Below are positions 60,684 to 64,000 of a stretch of DNA of 64,000 bases, one piece after another; positions within the stretch are counted from its first letter, which is position 1, and every line of letters begins with the position of its first letter. Under the pieces are notes generated by a model that was not told where the DNA came from, did not search any database, and was given only the letters and a program-made list of their open reading frames with translations. The stretch comes from Oopsacas minuta (taxonomy: Eukaryota; Animalia; Porifera). The stretch lies in contig JAKMXF010000166.1 in NCBI GenBank assembly GCA_024704765.1, positions 1-64,000 of the forward strand. The letters run 5' to 3'. Position numbers and translations under genes: made by a program.

Positions 60684-62033
60684 GAGGGTGTTAAGAAATT
60701 GATGCCCTGTAATGCTAACTCAGTGATCAGTCTATAATTGATCTCTAAACACATACATTTATTTCTCAATATATCCACCCTTTAGTTGTATACATTTATT
60801 TATGCGCTCAGGCATACTGGCTATCAATTTGGCAAGAACTTCAGGTGAAAAATGTCTCCAAGCTGAAATTAGTTGTTTTTCGAGCGTTTTTTGGTTTGTT
60901 GGTGGCTCAAAAGAATTGATGGCGGCTTGGATTATTGACCGTAGACTCTTTGTGGGACTCAGTTCAAGGGAGTTTGCAGGCCAAGTACCTTTGGGCCAGA
61001 AGTTGTGAAAATTCTCTCCTAGTCATTCTTGTGATTTTTGGAGGTATGTACCGGGGCACCATCCTGTTGAAAAATGGCAGCCGACATGTTCCGACAATAA
61101 TTTCCTCTCAGTCACTGCACCTGTATCATTATCGCGAAGCATTACAGACGTCATTGGTTTCCTTAGAATCTCTTCTAGATAGTAAATTGTATTTACTGTC
61201 TGTCCATTAGGGATTATGTGAAGGTTTGAAAGGCCATTATAGGACATCATGCCCCAAACCTGCAATTTTCCAGGAAACATCACATTTTCCGTAGGTACAA
61301 CTTTACCTCTGTCTGCTAACCAAACTCTGTCGTTCTTCCGATTTGGTGAATGGTACAACTAAAATAGAGATCCATCAGAGAAAATTACATTACGCCAATC
61401 ACTAACTGACCAATGTTTTCGTGCCCTACAGAAGGTTAATCGAGTGAATTTCTGTTTTTCGGTCAATTTTGGTTGTAACTGTGGCTTATAAGGCTTTACA
61501 CCTAATGTTTTACGCAAATATATATGGACAGTTACATGCGAAACTTGAAAATCCTTAGACTTTAAGATCTGGGATATTCTGCGAGTTGAATTCATCTTTT
61601 CCCTAGTGTTTTAGCAAATAACAATTTTCGGTATTTTTCCAATCGCCGGTTTTCTTCTTCGGCCGTGCCTATTCTCAAGGCAATTTCCGCAATGTGTCCT
61701 CGACTACCACCGACGAATGGTAGGCACATTTGTGCCAAAATGTATTGCGACACTTTTCTGCGTTTGGCCGGCTTTTAACATGCCTATCGCTTGATTGTGG
61801 ATTGCTAGACTAGCTTCTTTGACCATCGTATTAGCTAATTGTCAGGACAACAGAAGATTAGGTCAAAGTATTCACAAAACGTTGATGAACTAGGAAAACC
61901 TACCGATTAAATATAACTCCTGGTACATTACATTACAATTCAAGTAAATATGGTAGATATTTAACACTGTACAAATACCATGGTAGTATTGGATCTCGGA
62001 AGATTGGAACGGCATCAATTTTTTAACACCCTG
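60684..62033 (-). mobile_element. Tc1-like DD37E transposon, second diverged copy, inactivated
   Basis: Same TIR as 30625-31928 with TA flanks. ATG at 61826 (MVKEA). IFSDGS, QQDGAPVH, FWPKGTWPANS present; catalytic E position reads K; frameshifts. Confidence 0.9.
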
Positions 62034-62523
62034 TATGATAGTTAGCACAATTTTTAAATACCCCTGATTTGGTATTATATATGTGTAATGAAAATAAAGA
62101 ATCTAGACAAAAAATTCATAACAAATAACAAGATAAGGCAAAACCCCCGCTTTTGAATGTATACTGAACCCCAATTTCTCACTTTTAATTATGTAAATTT
62201 ATTGTTATTTGGAAATACATGTAGCATGAAGTGAACATATTTCTAATCCACCAAATTTAGACTATCCATGATATTTCAATCTCAAAATTTATGAATGAAT
62301 GATCGGTGACAGGTGCAAATATTCATACTTGCAGCGCAAGATAGGAATATAATTCCTACTTAGAATTGGAGTGGAGCAAGAATAACGTTTATGGAGCAAC
62401 TAAATCGGCATGCTGGTTCAGAATTTTGCATTTTCAAGTTTCTCATGCCCAATTATGAGATATAGTGGATGAGTTCAGTTTTGTGTGGTAATTATTGTGC
62501 ATAATAATAGCAATATATATATA

Positions 62524-63257
62524 CGAGCCTTTGGCTCGTTGCTTCGCGATGAACTCAGCGCATGGCGCCTCGAGTTATCCAATATTCTCCAAATTGATGG
62601 CACCTTTGAGTAATATCATATAGATATATATATAGAACAATGTAATTCACAAATATTCGTATTTGGCATACATAATTTTGAATTATTTTGTAAGATCAAC
62701 CGCCTTTGTAGCCGTTGAGTACAAGTAGCTACGTAAAATTTGAGATTTGCTAATTTGTTTACTTTATAGCCATTAAAACTACAATAAATGTACATATGAA
62801 CTGACAAAAAACAAACAATGCATTATTCGGACTAAGCATACTCGATTACGTCACTATTGTCTTTGAAAGTTTGATTCTACCTCAATTTTGAATGTGTTTA
62901 CTTTATGAATCTAAAAGTAAACAAATATTCACAATATGTTGTTTACAATACCATATTCATACTCAGCATACTCGATTACCCCAGTATAGTTGTTGTTGAA
63001 AGTATGATTCTACCTCAATTTTGAGATTTGTTTACTTTATATTCATAAAAACAACAATAAATTTACATATGATTAATCCAAAAGTGTGAAAATCAGATTC
63101 AGCAAGTTTGATATATTTAGTGAAGTTTTATTAAATTCTATTTAATTCCTTGATAAACACGATAAATACATAGTTGTGCGACAATTTCAATATGTTATAC
63201 CGTGAATCCTTTCCTTGACAACGGGCAAACAACAATTGAGATTTAATAATATAGATT
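62524..63257 (+). mobile_element. Family H (Helentron/DINE-1-like) copy
   Basis: Same 5' hairpin block and 3' AATATAGATT end as 38981-39611, with more internal module repeats. Confidence 0.6.
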
Positions 63258-63866
63258 CCTATTGCCAAGGAAAATTCTTCCAAAATATACGATAAGCAAA
63301 TAGGCGATTTCCCTGTATTCATAATATTATTTATAAATTTGCATAATTTTAAGGCACAAACTTCCGAGCCCTATACGAGCATGTAAAGAAGTGTTCGCAA
63401 GCCATGTAGAAGCGAAGCCCGCTAGCATTTTCTTCTCTTTGTTTGCAAATATTTACATTATCCATACATATTTAGATCATTACAAAAATTTGTTAAAACT
63501 TAACTTGATGGCAACCAGAAAACCCAAAGGTTTTGGCATGAGTGAGAGCAGTGATTCGGAGCAAGAGTTAATGACTATTCGAATTTTATACTTTTCTCAA
63601 AATTCGTTAGAAACAAGAGAAAAAAGAACAACAAATCAAAACTCGTATAATAATAATAACCAAATTCTTGACGCACATAAAAATTAAATAATGTACAAAA
63701 CACAGGTCTGAATTACGAAACCTATATAAATTATCAAAGCAAAAACTCGATAATTTGCTGATATAGATCATTATAAGCAAATCGAATAATATATCTATTT
63801 TATTACATCTTAGCTTGAATATATTCGAAATCTACGCATTCAGGCCTATCCGGTCTTAGATAATAC

Positions 63867-63917
63867 CCTGCACCTTGGATGAGACCACTGGATGGTCGAA
63901 ACCTTGCTATGTTCAGG
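63867..63917 (+). ncRNA. Degenerate minimal type I hammerhead-ribozyme-like motif, copy 2
   Basis: CCTGCACCT-TGGATGA-GACC(ACTGGAT)GGTC-GAAAC-CTT-GCT-ATGTTCAGG. C3/U4 and U16.1 are mutated. Confidence 0.45.
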
Positions 63918-63919
63918 CC

Positions 63920-64000
63920 TGGGGCTGATTATGATTACAATCGTAATCAATTGTAATCAATTACAACTTTTCCTGTAATCATAATCATAATCACTCATCA
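63920..64000 (+). repeat. Start of a probable hAT-type MITE with GTAATC/GATTAC subterminal repeats (runs off the window)
   Basis: GGGGCTGATTATGATTACAATCGTAATCAATTGTAATC... Confidence 0.5.

Overview
AT-rich animal genomic DNA with no prokaryotic features and no rRNA, tRNA or CRISPR seen. Islet and CABIT genes, mostly intronless CDSs and 66-93 nt short introns suggest an early-branching metazoan. It resembles a glass sponge such as Oopsacas, but that is an impression, not a result. Six host genes are well supported: two tandem AIG1/GIMAP-like genes (3199-4815 and 5202-7511, +), a STARD10-like START protein (-), an intronless Islet LIM-homeobox gene (-), a 4-exon SUN-domain protein spread over 13.7 kb (-), and a CABIT/coiled-coil/SAM adaptor (+). 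There is also an orphan membrane-protein tail exon next to an N. The rest is dense, decayed and often nested transposon sequence: Tc1 (DD34E-type and DD37E), Tigger/pogo, at least six hAT relics, a P-element-like exon, a Mutator-like transposase with a PHD finger, Ty3/Gypsy, many MITEs and an abundant Helentron/DINE-1-like family. The strongest leads are: (1) a GIMAP locus in which one apparently active GTPase domain is accompanied by five predicted pseudo-GTPase domains, bracketed by a ~1 kb direct repeat that ends at an assembly N; (2) two relic minimal type I hammerhead-ribozyme-like motifs; (3) the CABIT-SAM adaptor; (4) the divergent intronless Islet. All family calls come from manual motif recognition; no database searches were run.
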